DNA of 64,000 bases from Alphaproteobacteria bacterium UBA828 (GTDB lineage Bacteria; Pseudomonadota; Alphaproteobacteria; UBA828). Positions 9,772-22,008 of this stretch are shown here, one piece after another (the stretch's first letter is position 1; every line of letters starts with the position of its first letter). Location: NCBI GenBank assembly GCA_002296185.1, contig DBHM01000027.1:158867-222866 (forward strand), written 5' to 3'. Both the position numbers and the translations under genes were made by a program. The notes beneath the pieces are model-generated. The model was not told the origin of the DNA, searched no databases, and was given only the letters and a program-made list of their open reading frames with translations.

Positions 9772-10230
9772 CTAACGGCTTTTCCAGCGCTTAGTCTTTT
9801 GTGTATCTTTGCTTGTCGGTTTTACCCATTCGTAGGTTTCAATGCCCTTATATTTTTCAAGTTTCCAAAATGGAGCCTCTGTTTTGAGCCAATCAATCAG
9901 AAATGTGCATGACTCTAGTGCAGCTTGCCTATGAGATGATGCAGTTGCTACCATAACTATCCTATCCCCTGGGTTTAAGCAGCCATATCTATGAATAATA
10001 AGACTTGCATCTAATGGCCACTGATTTAGTGCTTGAGACTCTATTGCAAGAAGCATTTTTTCTGTCATGCCTGGGTAGTGCTCAAGAGTCATTGAATCTA
10101 ATTTTTGGTCATTAGAAAATTCTCTAACAAGTCCGATAAAAGAGGCTAGTCCACCAATATTCTTGTTGTTAGATGTAAGATCTTGAAGCTCCTTTCCTGG
10201 GTCAAAATCTTGATGTTGAACCCTAATCAC
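9772..10230 (-). CDS. moaE: Molybdopterin synthase catalytic subunit
   Basis: FIGLVR, LEHYPGM, HR.G, HRQAA, LKTEAPFWKLE. Confidence 0.95.
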   Translation of the reverse strand: MIRVQHQDFDPGKELQDLTSNNKNIGGLASFIGLVREFSNDQKLDSMTLEHYPGMTEKMLLAIESQALNQWPLDASLIIHRYGCLNPGDRIVMVATASSHRQAALESCTFLIDWLKTEAPFWKLEKYKGIETYEWVKPTSKDTQKTKRWKSR

Positions 10231-10247
10231 TTTCTATCCCCTTCTTG

Positions 10248-10499
10248 TTAACCTCCTGTAATAGGAGGGAAAAAAGCTATTTCATCATTATTTTTTATAC
10301 GTTTATCGAACTGAGCAAACTCCATATTTACAGCAACTCTCACTGCTCTTAGATCAGAGAATGCATTAGCATATTTTGGTTCACGACTAGAAATCCATTC
10401 GATTAGGTCATTAACAGTTTCGATTTCTTCAGATAGGGAGATCTCCTCACTTTCACATCCTACTTTTTCTCTAATCCAAGCAAAATAAAGAATTTTCAT
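10248..10499 (-). CDS. moaD: Molybdopterin synthase sulfur carrier subunit
   Basis: ILYFAWIRE N-terminus and EIAFFPPITGG di-glycine C-terminus. Confidence 0.96.
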   Translation of the reverse strand: MKILYFAWIREKVGCESEEISLSEEIETVNDLIEWISSREPKYANAFSDLRAVRVAVNMEFAQFDKRIKNNDEIAFFPPITGG

Positions 10500-11767
10500 C
10501 TTAGTATCTCGTTAAAAGGTAGAAACCATAAGTTATCACCAAGATTAATTTGAGTTATATCTTCTTCAATTTCAATTAAACCATCAGCAAATACTGCTGA
10601 TGATAGAATCCCAGCTCCATCGCGGGAAAATTTCTCAGCTACTAATTCTCCCTGATTATCACTTCTTATTTTTACTCTAAGCCATTCTCTTCGGCCTTTT
10701 TTCTTTTTATAATTAAATCCACTTAATACTTTATAACTTCGAGGTTTTGTCTCCGTGCATCCACCCAATCTTAACAATAATGGGCGTGCAAATATCATAA
10801 AAGTAACTATTACTGCTACAGGATTTCCCGGAAGACCAATAAATGGTACATCAGCAATTTGGCCTAAAGCAATAGGCCTACCGGGTCTTATAGCTAATCT
10901 CCAAAAATGAAGGTTACCTTGAGCCTCTACTGCATTTTTAACATGGTCTTCAATACCAGTTGAAACACCCCCAGATGTAATGACTGCATCATTTTCAGTT
11001 GCTGCTAGGGCAAGAGAATCATAAATAGCAGATTTATCATCTTGGATAATTCCTAGATCACTAATACAACATCCCAATCCCTCTAAGAGACTATGTATCG
11101 TGTATCGGTTTGCATCATATACCCCTCCCTGGGGTAGTACGGTTCCTGGCTCATGTATCTCATCCCCAGTGGATAAAATAGCAACTTTTAGTCGTCGATA
11201 TACCGGGAGTGTTGTAAGTCCAGCTGTTGCGGCTATGCCTATATCCTGAGGTCTAAGTCTGTGGCCATGAGCTAAAACCGTCTTTCCAGATTCTAAGTCT
11301 TCTCCAGAAAACCGTTTATTGGCACCTTTTTTAATTCCGGGGGGAAAGGTTACAAAACCATTTTCTTCACGACAGTCCTCCTGCATAAAAATAGTATCTG
11401 GAGATTCACCGTTATTGTCCGGAATAATAGCAGCTCCTGTAAAGACTCTAAGGGCAGTTCCACGCTTAGTAGGTTTTTTTGAGGGGTTTCCTGCTTTAGA
11501 TATACTTGAAATTTCTAGTCTAGTTTCAGTTTCAGTATTTAAATCATCATAATAAACTGCATATCCATCAACAGCAGCATTATCGTGTGGGGGCACATTA
11601 GATTTTGCTATTAGAGTTTCTGATAGCACTCTACCTGTGGCACTGTTAAGGGGTATAGACTCTGTTTCAACAATAGGTCGAGAGGCTCTCTCAATTTGTT
11701 GGAGTGCCTCTTCGGCAGGTTTTAGTGAGCCGCCAAATGCAAAACAATCATCACTCAGTTGCGCCAT
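10496..11767 (-). CDS. moeA: Molybdopterin molybdotransferase
   Basis: AVDGYA, STGDE, SGGVSTG..D, RPGRP, GLPGNP. Confidence 0.95.
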   Translation of the reverse strand: MAQLSDDCFAFGGSLKPAEEALQQIERASRPIVETESIPLNSATGRVLSETLIAKSNVPPHDNAAVDGYAVYYDDLNTETETRLEISSISKAGNPSKKPTKRGTALRVFTGAAIIPDNNGESPDTIFMQEDCREENGFVTFPPGIKKGANKRFSGEDLESGKTVLAHGHRLRPQDIGIAATAGLTTLPVYRRLKVAILSTGDEIHEPGTVLPQGGVYDANRYTIHSLLEGLGCCISDLGIIQDDKSAIYDSLALAATENDAVITSGGVSTGIEDHVKNAVEAQGNLHFWRLAIRPGRPIALGQIADVPFIGLPGNPVAVIVTFMIFARPLLLRLGGCTETKPRSYKVLSGFNYKKKKGRREWLRVKIRSDNQGELVAEKFSRDGAGILSSAVFADGLIEIEEDITQINLGDNLWFLPFNEILR

Positions 11768-11791
11768 ATAACACCTCTTAGGTGGAAATTA

Positions 11792-12355
11792 TCAGGCAAG
11801 ACAAAAATAATTCTTAATAAATCTTGATATCTCATAATGATCATCAAGGTCTAATATTGGTATATTGATCCAACTTGGTAGTTTTTTATGGTCACCATAC
11901 TTTACCGCTAAAGCAATTATATATGGATCTGCTGAAGCAAGTATAGGTGCTTCTTTATCTGCCCTCCAGATCTCAATTTTAGGAAATGGCCTATGTTTGA
12001 AGCCTTCTATAAGGAATATATCACAATATTCATTCTCCTTTAGGAGGTCATAAGGTGTCTGCGGTATTTCTCCATCTATAATTTTATTAATAGCCGTGCA
12101 TTTTTTATTAGTAACTAATGTTGCTTTCGCTCCTGCGTATATAAAGCTGTTAGAAGGATGATTGGCTTGCAAAATATCAAGGTTATGGTGAGTATGTTTT
12201 ATAGTTCCTATTTTATATCCATAACTAGATAACGTTTTAATTAAGCCACCTATCAAAGTCGTTTTTCCGCTCCCACTATAACCAGCTATGCCAATTATAG
12301 ATGGGCTAGTTATTCCTTCCTTTGGGTTTTTTTCTGAAAAGAAGTATTTTTTCAT
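11792..12355 (-). CDS. mobB: Molybdopterin-guanine dinucleotide biosynthesis protein B; likely start 12355
   Basis: GYSGSGKTTL Walker A, IKHTHH, IEGFK. Confidence 0.85.
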   Translation of the reverse strand: MKKYFFSEKNPKEGITSPSIIGIAGYSGSGKTTLIGGLIKTLSSYGYKIGTIKHTHHNLDILQANHPSNSFIYAGAKATLVTNKKCTAINKIIDGEIPQTPYDLLKENEYCDIFLIEGFKHRPFPKIEIWRADKEAPILASADPYIIALAVKYGDHKKLPSWINIPILDLDDHYEISRFIKNYFCLA

Positions 12356-12362
12356 TTTTTGT

Positions 12363-12908
12363 TTAACCACGTAGATTTGCAATACTCTTAATCAAGTATG
12401 GTATAGCAGTAATCCATGTCAATACGACAGTGACCCATATTAATGTATCACCTACTATAAAGATAATATCACCAGATGCATCAGCTATAGCGGGATAAAG
12501 AATTAATATACTCAATCCTAAAAATTGAATTGCAGTTTTCCATTTAGCGAGTTGGCTTACAGGTATTTTGAGTTTCCCAGATAAATATTCTCTTAATCCT
12601 GCAATAAGAAGTTCGCGGCTTATGATAGCAATAACAGCAAAAATTGAAATTCTTGAATCTGACTGTAATAGAATTAGTATGCTGGCAACCAATAGTTTAT
12701 CTGCAATTGGATCAAAAGCTTGGCCAAAGGCACTAGTTTGATTTAGTTTCCGAGCAAGCCATCCATCAAAAAAATCTGTAAATGCTGCTGCAATAAAAAT
12801 AGAAAATGTTATCCATACCCCTAATGGATCTGGAATTTGAAAAGTGACCACAATAATAGGTATAGCGACTATTCTGGAAATTGTGAGAATATTAGGTATA
12901 GATCTCAT
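12363..12908 (-). CDS. pgsA: CDP-diacylglycerol--glycerol-3-phosphate 3-phosphatidyltransferase
   Basis: IPNILTISR, TDFFDGWLAR...G..FDPIADK; downstream of uvrC. Confidence 0.95.
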   Translation of the reverse strand: MRSIPNILTISRIVAIPIIVVTFQIPDPLGVWITFSIFIAAAFTDFFDGWLARKLNQTSAFGQAFDPIADKLLVASILILLQSDSRISIFAVIAIISRELLIAGLREYLSGKLKIPVSQLAKWKTAIQFLGLSILILYPAIADASGDIIFIVGDTLIWVTVVLTWITAIPYLIKSIANLRG

Positions 12909-12932
12909 TTATAGTCTCACTTACATCCGATA

Positions 12933-14870
12933 TTATTGATGGTGGAAATGGTCATAGATAGACAATGCGGTGCTTGTTGAAATACCGTCAACTTTCTCTA
13001 GATCCTTAACTCCAGCTTGAGCAACATTATTGGCAGATCCAAAGTGATGCAAAAGTGCACGCTTTCTAGTGGGGCCAATACCAGATATCTCATCGAGAAT
13101 AGAACGTGTATTCTTATTTTTATGACGAATTCTATAGCTACTTACTGCAAAACGATGGGCCTCATCACGTATCCTTTGAACGAAGTAAAGTAGTGAGTCT
13201 CTGTGTGGTAGCGCTATAGAATTTCCATTTAAAATATGAATAATTTCCCTTCCTGCGTTACGGTTTTGACCCTTGGATATTGCTGCTAAATGTATGTGAT
13301 TTATTCCGAGGGTATCTAGAGCTTGTTTGGCTATATTTAGTTGCCCGGCTCCGCCATCAATTAGGCATAAGTCTGGCCAGGATTTTGAGGACCTATCAGG
13401 ATTTTCACGGAGAAGGCGTTTAAATCTTCGCATAATTACTTCATGTATCATACCGTAGTCATCTCCTGGAGAAATCTGTTTTTCTCCGAAGTCTATTTTA
13501 TCACTACGAATATTAAATTTTCTATAAGAACTTTTTTCGAAACCGTTTTGCTTTACCGCTATCATTGCTCCAACAGAAGATTGACCAGAGATATGACTAT
13601 TATCGTAAACTTCTATTTTACGGGGGACTTCTGTCATTTCGAGGAGCTTACTTAATTTCTCAAAGAATATCTTTTGAGAATGTTTTGCCGATAAGTGTCT
13701 ACTCAGTGCATCTTTGGCGTTTCGATTTGCATCTTGTAAGAGTCGCCACTTTATTCCCTTAAGGGGTTTATGGAGTTTCACGGCATATCCAGATTTTGAA
13801 GATAGTGCATCAGCTAGCAGCTGACTATCCTTTATAGATTCACTTAAAATTATAGTATTTGGAGCTTTTTTGTTTGAATAGAATTGCGCTACAAAAGCGG
13901 ACAAAACCTCACTTGCAGTTGCGTCTTCAGGATGGCTAGGAAAATAGGAGCGGTTTCCATAACTTTGGCCTGATCTATAAAAAAATATTTGAATGCAGCT
14001 ATGTCCAGCTTGCTGATCAATAGCAATTGCGTCAATATTACCAAGATTATGTAAACTAATAACTTGCTTAGATTGAATTTGTGTTATTGCTTTTATTCGA
14101 TCACGATATGCTCCAGCTGTCTCATATTCCTGTTTTTCGCTAGCTTCTGTCATTAAAGTGCTTAATCTTTTTTGTATTTTCTTTGAGTGCCCGGAAAGAA
14201 ACTCAGATGCATCTTCAACAATGCTGTCATAATCCTCTGATGAAATCTTTCCGACACATGGTGCTGAGCATTTTTTTATCTGGTATTCCAGGCAAGGGCG
14301 TGTGCGGCTATTAAATACACTATCTGAACAAGAGCGAAGTGGGAATGCTCGGTGAAGAGTGCTTATCGTTTGGGATACTGCACTAGCCGATGCAAATGGT
14401 CCAAAGTATCTCCCTTTTTTTGACCGATTCCCTCTATATTTAATTACACGTGGCCAATCATCATCTTCGGTAATCAGTATAAAGGGAAAAGATTTATCAT
14501 CTTTAAGAACTATATTATAAATTGGCTTCAAAGATTTGATGAGACTACTTTCAAGAAGTAGGGCTTCTATCTCACTTTCTGTGATGATAATTTCTACCCT
14601 ACAAGTAGAAGAAATCATCCTAATTAAACGATCTGATAGTGACTTTAAATGTGTATAACTTCCTATGCGGTTGAAAAGGTTTTTTGCTTTTCCTACATAT
14701 AAAACCTTATCTTCCTGGTCTATCATTCTGTAGACACCAGGCTTATGAGGTATCGTTTTTCTAGCCTCACGAATAACATCTACGCCTTGCAAAATAGCTT
14801 TTTCAGCTAATTTTGTAGCATCAATAGGTGTCTTTTGGTTTTCAACCAATTTTTCAGATTGCTTCGGCAT
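12933..14870 (-). CDS. uvrC: Excinuclease ABC subunit C
   Basis: GIY-YIG (PGVYRM, YVGKAKNL), Cys cluster, YDNSH, IDGG.GQ, RDEAHRFA, HhH. Confidence 0.97.
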   Translation of the reverse strand: MPKQSEKLVENQKTPIDATKLAEKAILQGVDVIREARKTIPHKPGVYRMIDQEDKVLYVGKAKNLFNRIGSYTHLKSLSDRLIRMISSTCRVEIIITESEIEALLLESSLIKSLKPIYNIVLKDDKSFPFILITEDDDWPRVIKYRGNRSKKGRYFGPFASASAVSQTISTLHRAFPLRSCSDSVFNSRTRPCLEYQIKKCSAPCVGKISSEDYDSIVEDASEFLSGHSKKIQKRLSTLMTEASEKQEYETAGAYRDRIKAITQIQSKQVISLHNLGNIDAIAIDQQAGHSCIQIFFYRSGQSYGNRSYFPSHPEDATASEVLSAFVAQFYSNKKAPNTIILSESIKDSQLLADALSSKSGYAVKLHKPLKGIKWRLLQDANRNAKDALSRHLSAKHSQKIFFEKLSKLLEMTEVPRKIEVYDNSHISGQSSVGAMIAVKQNGFEKSSYRKFNIRSDKIDFGEKQISPGDDYGMIHEVIMRRFKRLLRENPDRSSKSWPDLCLIDGGAGQLNIAKQALDTLGINHIHLAAISKGQNRNAGREIIHILNGNSIALPHRDSLLYFVQRIRDEAHRFAVSSYRIRHKNKNTRSILDEISGIGPTRKRALLHHFGSANNVAQAGVKDLEKVDGISTSTALSIYDHFHHQ

Positions 14871-14984
14871 AAATTAGATATTCCTTACCAAATGCATTCC
14901 GTCAATGTGTGTTTTGGTAGTTATGAGATATATTAAATCAAATAGTTATGTTTCAAGCTTAGGCCGATAGAAAGTGCAGGATTG

Positions 14985-15019
14985 GTTTCCACTGTCGTTG
15001 TGGATAACCCTGTGGGAAA
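14985..15019. promoter_or_regulatory. DnaA-box triplet (DARS-like core)
   Basis: GTTTCCACT-N5-TGTGGATAA-N3-TGTGGGAAA; the middle box is a perfect TTATCCACA on the minus strand. Confidence 0.65.
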
Positions 15020-15069
15020 CCAGTCCATCAATGTCTTAGTGGTCTGAAAACCAAAGCCTTAAACCATGC

Positions 15070-15086
15070 TGCCTAATTAATAGGCA
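15070..15086. promoter_or_regulatory. Palindromic operator TGCCTAATTAATAGGCA (Fis/NtrC-type)
   Basis: Perfect 6-bp arms; matches GNNYANNNNNTRNNC and TGC-N11-GCA. Confidence 0.5.
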
Positions 15087-15325
15087 TATATTATAAGGCA
15101 TTGAAATAAATTAATTTTTTTATTCTGTATGAGTGGTATTATTACACCTTACTAATAATTTTTAAGATAATAACCGAACAATAATCAACATCTTAATGCG
15201 TGTGAACAAATATTCTTTGTCAACAAAAAAATCATATTATTTTTTTCACTAAAACAAATATTTTTTATTGACACTAAAATATTATTAGGCAGCCTTGATA
15301 CTTATTCGCTATGTGGTTGATAATT

Positions 15326-17023
15326 TTAAAATAAACCGACTATATTATTGTTGTCATCTACAGAAATTGAGTTTGCGGCTGGGGTCCTTGGAAGACCCGG
15401 CATTGTCATTATCTCTCCGCATATTACAACAATAAATTCAGCACCACTTGAAAGTCGCACTTCTCTTACGGGTACTATATGCCCAGATGGTGCTCCTTTA
15501 AGTTCTGGATTAGTTGAAAAACTATATTGAGTCTTGGCTATGCATATTGGGAAGTTTCCAAACCCTTGATTCTCAAGATCTTCAATTTGTTTTCTTAGTT
15601 TAGCATCTCCTGTTATGTCAGCGGCTCCATAAATTTCAGTGGCGACCTTCTTAATCTTTTCCCATAGAGGTAAATTATCTGGATAAAGTAATTTAAAATC
15701 ACCGCCATGAGAATCAGCTAGTTCTGCTACTTTATGCGCCAAGTCTTCTGTGCCCCTTCCTCCGTTAGCCCAGTGATCACATTCTATCGCATCAACTCCT
15801 AAAAAAGAGCAACCTTCAACTACCGCGCCTCTTTCTGACTCGGTATCTGCTGAAAATCGGTTAATAGCAACAACTACAGGAACTCCAAAGCGTCTGACAT
15901 TTTCAATATGACGTTCTAAATTCTTCATACCTATTTTCAACGCCTCAACATCTTCTTTGCCTAGGTTTTCCTTTGTGACACCTCCATGCATTTTTAACGC
16001 TCTAATAGTTGCTACGATTACAGCGCAGTCTGGCTTCAAATTAGCTTTTCTGCATTTGATGTTAAAAAACTTTTCGGCTCCAAGATCGGCACCAAAGCCT
16101 GCCTCTGTAACAACATAGTCTGATAATTTTAGAGCAGATTTTGTTGCCAGAACGGAGTTGCATCCATGAGCTATATTTGCAAAAGGTCCGCCATGAACAA
16201 ATGCGGGGTTATTTTCTAATGTCTGGACTAGATTAGGTTGAATGGAGTCCTTAAGTAGAGTTGTCATGGCCCCAGCAGCATCAATCTCTTTAGCTTTTAC
16301 TGGTTTCCTATCGCGAGTATATCCAACAACTATATTTCCTAGTCTGGTTTTTAAATCATCAAGGTTTTGAGCTAGACAAAAAATTGCCATAACTTCAGAA
16401 GCTACTGTAATGTCAAACCCATCTTCTCTAGGAAATCCATTGGCTACACCTCCGAGGGATGAAACTATTGAGCGAAGAGCTCTGTCATTCATATCAACGA
16501 CTCTTCTCCATGTCACTCGGCGAGGATCAATACCTGCCTTGTTTCCCCAGTAGATATGGTTATCCACTAAAGCTGCTAGAAGATTATTTGTAACACCAAT
16601 TGCATGGAAGTCACCTGTGAAGTGCAGGTTAATGTCCTCCATAGGTACTACTTGTGCGTATCCGCCACCCGCAGCTCCTCCTTTCATACCAAAACAGGGG
16701 CCTAAACTTGGTTCTCTCAAGCAAATAAGAGTTTTTTTACCAATTCTATTTAGTCCATCACCTAAACCAACAGTTGTGGTGGTTTTTCCTTCGCCAGCTG
16801 GAGTTGGTGTAATAGCTGTAACAAGGATTAGTTTTCCATCATTTTGATTTGTGGCACTTTCAATATATTCAAGAGATACTTTTGCTTTGTCATGTCCATA
16901 TGGGAGTAGATACTTACTATCTATTCCAAGGTGTTTTGTTCCAATATCAATAATTGGCTTTTTTGTAGCCTTACGTGCAATCTCGATATCACTAAGAGGG
17001 TCTGTATGCTGATTTGAAGTCAT
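15326..17023 (-). CDS. fhs: Formate--tetrahydrofolate ligase
   Basis: [51 protein letters not shown]. Confidence 0.97.
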   Translation of the reverse strand: MTSNQHTDPLSDIEIARKATKKPIIDIGTKHLGIDSKYLLPYGHDKAKVSLEYIESATNQNDGKLILVTAITPTPAGEGKTTTTVGLGDGLNRIGKKTLICLREPSLGPCFGMKGGAAGGGYAQVVPMEDINLHFTGDFHAIGVTNNLLAALVDNHIYWGNKAGIDPRRVTWRRVVDMNDRALRSIVSSLGGVANGFPREDGFDITVASEVMAIFCLAQNLDDLKTRLGNIVVGYTRDRKPVKAKEIDAAGAMTTLLKDSIQPNLVQTLENNPAFVHGGPFANIAHGCNSVLATKSALKLSDYVVTEAGFGADLGAEKFFNIKCRKANLKPDCAVIVATIRALKMHGGVTKENLGKEDVEALKIGMKNLERHIENVRRFGVPVVVAINRFSADTESERGAVVEGCSFLGVDAIECDHWANGGRGTEDLAHKVAELADSHGGDFKLLYPDNLPLWEKIKKVATEIYGAADITGDAKLRKQIEDLENQGFGNFPICIAKTQYSFSTNPELKGAPSGHIVPVREVRLSSGAEFIVVICGEIMTMPGLPRTPAANSISVDDNNNIVGLF

Positions 17024-17245
17024 GACATGTTATCCTTCTGAATTCGATCAGGGTTGTATTGCGATAGGCTAAATTAATTTGATAGACTTAACATAGTTAG
17101 CTATAGACATTTAATGATATGAAAAAATATTTCCGTTTAGTCAAGAATTTTGATTAATTATGACTAATATTTATGTGAATATTTATTTTATAGCCCTAAA
17201 AAAGAGCTTTAATTTCGGTTTATGTTATTTTTTTCATTGAGATTA

Positions 17246-17629
17246 TTAGTCATTTTTCCTCAAGTATTCTAACTCTATCCCAACACTTTCTGTGTGATCA
17301 TATATATCTAATTTTTCAATTTTTATTATAACGGAATCTACTTTAGGGTCTTTTAGGCAAAGTTGAGCTATTTTTTTTGAGAGTGTCTCGACTAAGTTGA
17401 TATGCCCTTTTGATTTTAAGGCTATTATTCCGTCTACTATATCCGAATAGCTAACAACATTTTTGATATCGTCGTTAATCTCTTCAGGATTCCAAGACGT
17501 ATTTAATGCAATATTTATTCTTACTCGTTGTTCCTGTTTTTTCTCGTGCTCAAATACTCCTATAGACCATCGAATCTCGAGATTATTTACTAGAACCTTA
17601 GAATTTTTGACTATCAACTTACTTTTCAT
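17246..17629 (-). CDS. folB: Dihydroneopterin aldolase
   Basis: IGVFEHEK..EQRV, VVSYSDI, INLVETL, IKIEK, SVGIE. Confidence 0.88.
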   Translation of the reverse strand: MKSKLIVKNSKVLVNNLEIRWSIGVFEHEKKQEQRVRINIALNTSWNPEEINDDIKNVVSYSDIVDGIIALKSKGHINLVETLSKKIAQLCLKDPKVDSVIIKIEKLDIYDHTESVGIELEYLRKND

Positions 17630-17651
17630 ACCAATAGCCCCCTAATATTTT

Positions 17652-18413
17652 TCACTCATTTGTATGTATTGAGTTAGGCAATGACCATCCCAGGTGTTGT
17701 CCAGAATCAATTGCAATCATTTGGCCTGTTAGAGAAGTTGTTTGTAGTATATAGCTAACTGTATTAGCGATTTCGTGGGGACTAACTCCATGTTCAAGTA
17801 ATGTAGATTTACATTGTTTTTTAAAATCATCATCTGTTTGTCTTGTTGAAGGTAAAACCGGCCCTGGTCCTATGGCATTTACACGAATGGATGGTGCCAG
17901 TGCGAGTGCTAGAGTTTGGGTTAATGTCCATAGGCTAGTTTTACTTAATGTGTATGTCATGAAATGTGGTGTAAGATTCCATACTCTTTGATCAAGAATA
18001 TTTATAATACACCTATCATGCTTACTGCTCTTTTGGCCTGCAAATTGTTGAGATAATACAAAGGGTGCTCGCAAGTTAGTTTCCATGTGGCAATCCCATA
18101 ACGCCCTATTAGAACTAGTAATAGTGTCATATTCAAAGGCTGATGCATTATTCACCAAACAATCGACTGGGCCCATAGACTTATTAATATCTGCTATTAA
18201 TGAAACAACTTCACTTTCTATTTCTAGGTTAGCTTTAAATATCTTTACTTCATTTCCAATTGAAGAAATTTTATCAGCTAACAGTTTAGCAGACTCTTGG
18301 CTTTGATTATAATGTAAGGCTATTGACCAGCCCTCTGCAGCTAGTGTTTCTGTAATGCAACGACCAATTCTCACTGCTGCTCCTGTTATGAGTGCAATAC
18401 GCGGTTTCGTCAT
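17652..18413 (-). CDS. SDR oxidoreductase, pteridine/dihydromonapterin reductase (FolM-like)
   Basis: TGAAVRIG, NNAS.F, ILDQR, YTLSK; adjacent to folB. Confidence 0.8.
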   Translation of the reverse strand: MTKPRIALITGAAVRIGRCITETLAAEGWSIALHYNQSQESAKLLADKISSIGNEVKIFKANLEIESEVVSLIADINKSMGPVDCLVNNASAFEYDTITSSNRALWDCHMETNLRAPFVLSQQFAGQKSSKHDRCIINILDQRVWNLTPHFMTYTLSKTSLWTLTQTLALALAPSIRVNAIGPGPVLPSTRQTDDDFKKQCKSTLLEHGVSPHEIANTVSYILQTTSLTGQMIAIDSGQHLGWSLPNSIHTNE

Positions 18414-18469
18414 AGTTGATTAATATCCCTTATTTAAAAAACCAAATAACCGATTTAATGCCTATTAGC

Positions 18470-20623
18470 TTACTGTTTTCTTTTCTTTTTCACCCGTTTT
18501 TTTATATTTTTTGTTCCAGCCCTACCTGAATGGCTTCGACTTTGCCATTGCTTTGCATCTTTGGCCTTAAAAAATTCGTTAGAAAGACCAAGGTGATTTT
18601 CTTGAAGTTGGTGAATTTGATCTCTTAAATCTGCGGCTGTTTCGAACTCAAGTTCGGCTGCGGCATCTTTCATTCTAGTCTCTAAATCACTGAGGTGTAA
18701 TTGTAAATTATTACCGGGTATGGGAAGATCATTTTTTTGAGTTGTTCTATCATCTTCATGAATAACTTCAAGAATATCTCCCACAGATTTTTTAATTGTC
18801 TCTGGTGTAATATTATTATCTTCGTTGTATTTTTTTTGTTTATTCCTTCTTCTTTCAGTTTCTTCAAGTGCATATTTTAATGAACCTGTCATTTTATCAG
18901 CATAGAGTATTACACGACCTTCTACATTTCGGGCTGCGCGACCTATAGTTTGAATCAGTGAAGTTTTTGATCTTAAAAATCCTTCTTTATCGGCATCTAA
19001 TATTGCTACAGTGCTGCATTCAGGAATATCCAGGCCTTCACGAAGTAGATTTATTCCTACCAGAACGTCAAAGGCCCCTAGCCTTAGATCTCTAATTATT
19101 TCAATTCGTTCCAGGGTATCTATGTCAGAATGCATATATCGCACACGAATACCAGATTCGTGGAGATATTCGGTAAGGTCTTCAGACATACGCTTTGTGA
19201 GAGTTGTAACTAATACACGAAAATTTTTAGCCCTAGCATTTTTACATTCAGAGATTAAATCATCGACTTGATTTTCAACAGGCCTCACAACACAAACTGG
19301 GTCTACGAGCCCAGTGGGCCGAATTAATTGCTCGCAAAAAATTCCGTGTGTTTTTTCTAGTTCCCAATCACCCGGTGTTGCTGATACATATATTGTTTGG
19401 GGTCTCATTTCTTCCCATTCTTCAAATTTTAATGGGCGATTATCTACACATGATGGGAGTCTAAAACCAAATTCTGCTAACGTAGATTTTCTTTTAAAGT
19501 CCCCCCTATACATTCCCCCAAGTTGCGGAATTGCCACGTGGCTCTCGTCAACTATTAGTAGAGAGTCCTTAGGTAGATATTCAAATAGAGTGGGGGGTGG
19601 TTCTCCTGGGAGTCGACCGGTAAGGTAACGAGAATAATTTTCAATTCCTGCGCAGCTACCTGTAGTCAATAACATCTCTATGTCAAATGTTGTTCTCTCC
19701 TCTAACCTTTGTGCCTCAATGAGTTTTCCGTTTAATCTATATTCATCAAGAGTTTCAGATAATTCTTTCTTTATACCCTTCACAGCCTGCTGAATAGTTG
19801 GCCTAGGTGTTACGTAATGACTGTTTGGGTATATAGTTATTTCTTCTAGTTTATCCGTTTTCTTACCTGTCAGAGGATCAAATTCAAGAATTTCTTCGAC
19901 TTCATTACCAAAAATTGAAATTCTCCAAGCTAGTGTTTCGGAGTGGGCAGGGAATATCTCAATAGTATCTCCTGTTATGCGAAAGTCCCCGCGTTCGAGA
20001 GACTGATTGTTACGACGATACTGAAGTTCTGCCAATCTTCTGGGCAATTCTTCTTGGTCCAATATCCCTCTATTTTTGATTGTTATAGTCATTTCAGAGT
20101 ATGTCTCAACTGACCCTATGCCAAAAATACATGAAATAGAGGCTACAATTATTACATCATCTTGTTCTAAAAGCGCACGAGTTGCTGAATGGCGCATGCG
20201 GTCAATTTGCTCATTTATCGACGCATCTTTTTCTATATAAGTGTCAGTACGCGGCACGTAAGCCTCGGGTTGATAGTAATCATAGTACGAGACAAAGTAT
20301 TCAACCGCGTTTTCAGGGAAAAAAGTTTTCATTTCCCCGTATAACTGAGCAGCTAGTGTTTTATTTGGTGCAAGCACTAAAGTTGGTTTCTGAACATTTT
20401 GTATGACGTTAGCCATAGTAAAAGTTTTTCCTGATCCGGTAACCCCAAGTAGTACTTGGTCTTGGGTTCCATCAGAGAGCCCGAGTGTAAGTTCTTGTAT
20501 GGCATCAGGCTGATCTCCTGCAGGAACAAGGTTAGATTGGATAGCAAGAGATTTTGACAAGCTTGAAGAATCAGAAAAAATAGCCTTTTTAGGCTTTGAT
20601 AAAGTTGTATTATTCTGGGTCAT
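18470..20623 (-). CDS. uvrB: Excinuclease ABC subunit B
   Basis: [45 protein letters not shown]. Confidence 0.98.
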   Translation of the reverse strand: MTQNNTTLSKPKKAIFSDSSSLSKSLAIQSNLVPAGDQPDAIQELTLGLSDGTQDQVLLGVTGSGKTFTMANVIQNVQKPTLVLAPNKTLAAQLYGEMKTFFPENAVEYFVSYYDYYQPEAYVPRTDTYIEKDASINEQIDRMRHSATRALLEQDDVIIVASISCIFGIGSVETYSEMTITIKNRGILDQEELPRRLAELQYRRNNQSLERGDFRITGDTIEIFPAHSETLAWRISIFGNEVEEILEFDPLTGKKTDKLEEITIYPNSHYVTPRPTIQQAVKGIKKELSETLDEYRLNGKLIEAQRLEERTTFDIEMLLTTGSCAGIENYSRYLTGRLPGEPPPTLFEYLPKDSLLIVDESHVAIPQLGGMYRGDFKRKSTLAEFGFRLPSCVDNRPLKFEEWEEMRPQTIYVSATPGDWELEKTHGIFCEQLIRPTGLVDPVCVVRPVENQVDDLISECKNARAKNFRVLVTTLTKRMSEDLTEYLHESGIRVRYMHSDIDTLERIEIIRDLRLGAFDVLVGINLLREGLDIPECSTVAILDADKEGFLRSKTSLIQTIGRAARNVEGRVILYADKMTGSLKYALEETERRRNKQKKYNEDNNITPETIKKSVGDILEVIHEDDRTTQKNDLPIPGNNLQLHLSDLETRMKDAAAELEFETAADLRDQIHQLQENHLGLSNEFFKAKDAKQWQSRSHSGRAGTKNIKKRVKKKRKQ

Positions 20624-20770
20624 GTATTAAATGTCTTATTTATATTTATTTAGTTTAAGCAATCAATTAGAACATTTATTGAGTTTATTTATTAGTATTT
20701 CATTGTATTGGTTATTTTTTTTAATCCCTACCAGTATTTGATATAATTGTGTATCAGTGTTTTACTCTAA

Positions 20771-21991
<1,221 letters not shown>

Positions 21992-22008
21992 CAGTGATAT
22001 AATTTCAT

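Noticed and set aside
14871..15325. oriC in the uvrC-fhs gap
   Set aside because: Only one perfect DnaA box, none of the usual origin-flanking genes (hemE, maf-aroE, dnaA, parAB) and no change in gene orientation; cannot be fully excluded without genome-wide skew
17024..17245. ZTP or THF riboswitch ahead of fhs
   Set aside because: AT-rich with none of the conserved motif cores or stems
20670..20684. Alphaproteobacterial LexA box upstream of uvrB (GAAC-N7-GAGT)
   Set aside because: The second half-site has two mismatches; too weak to call
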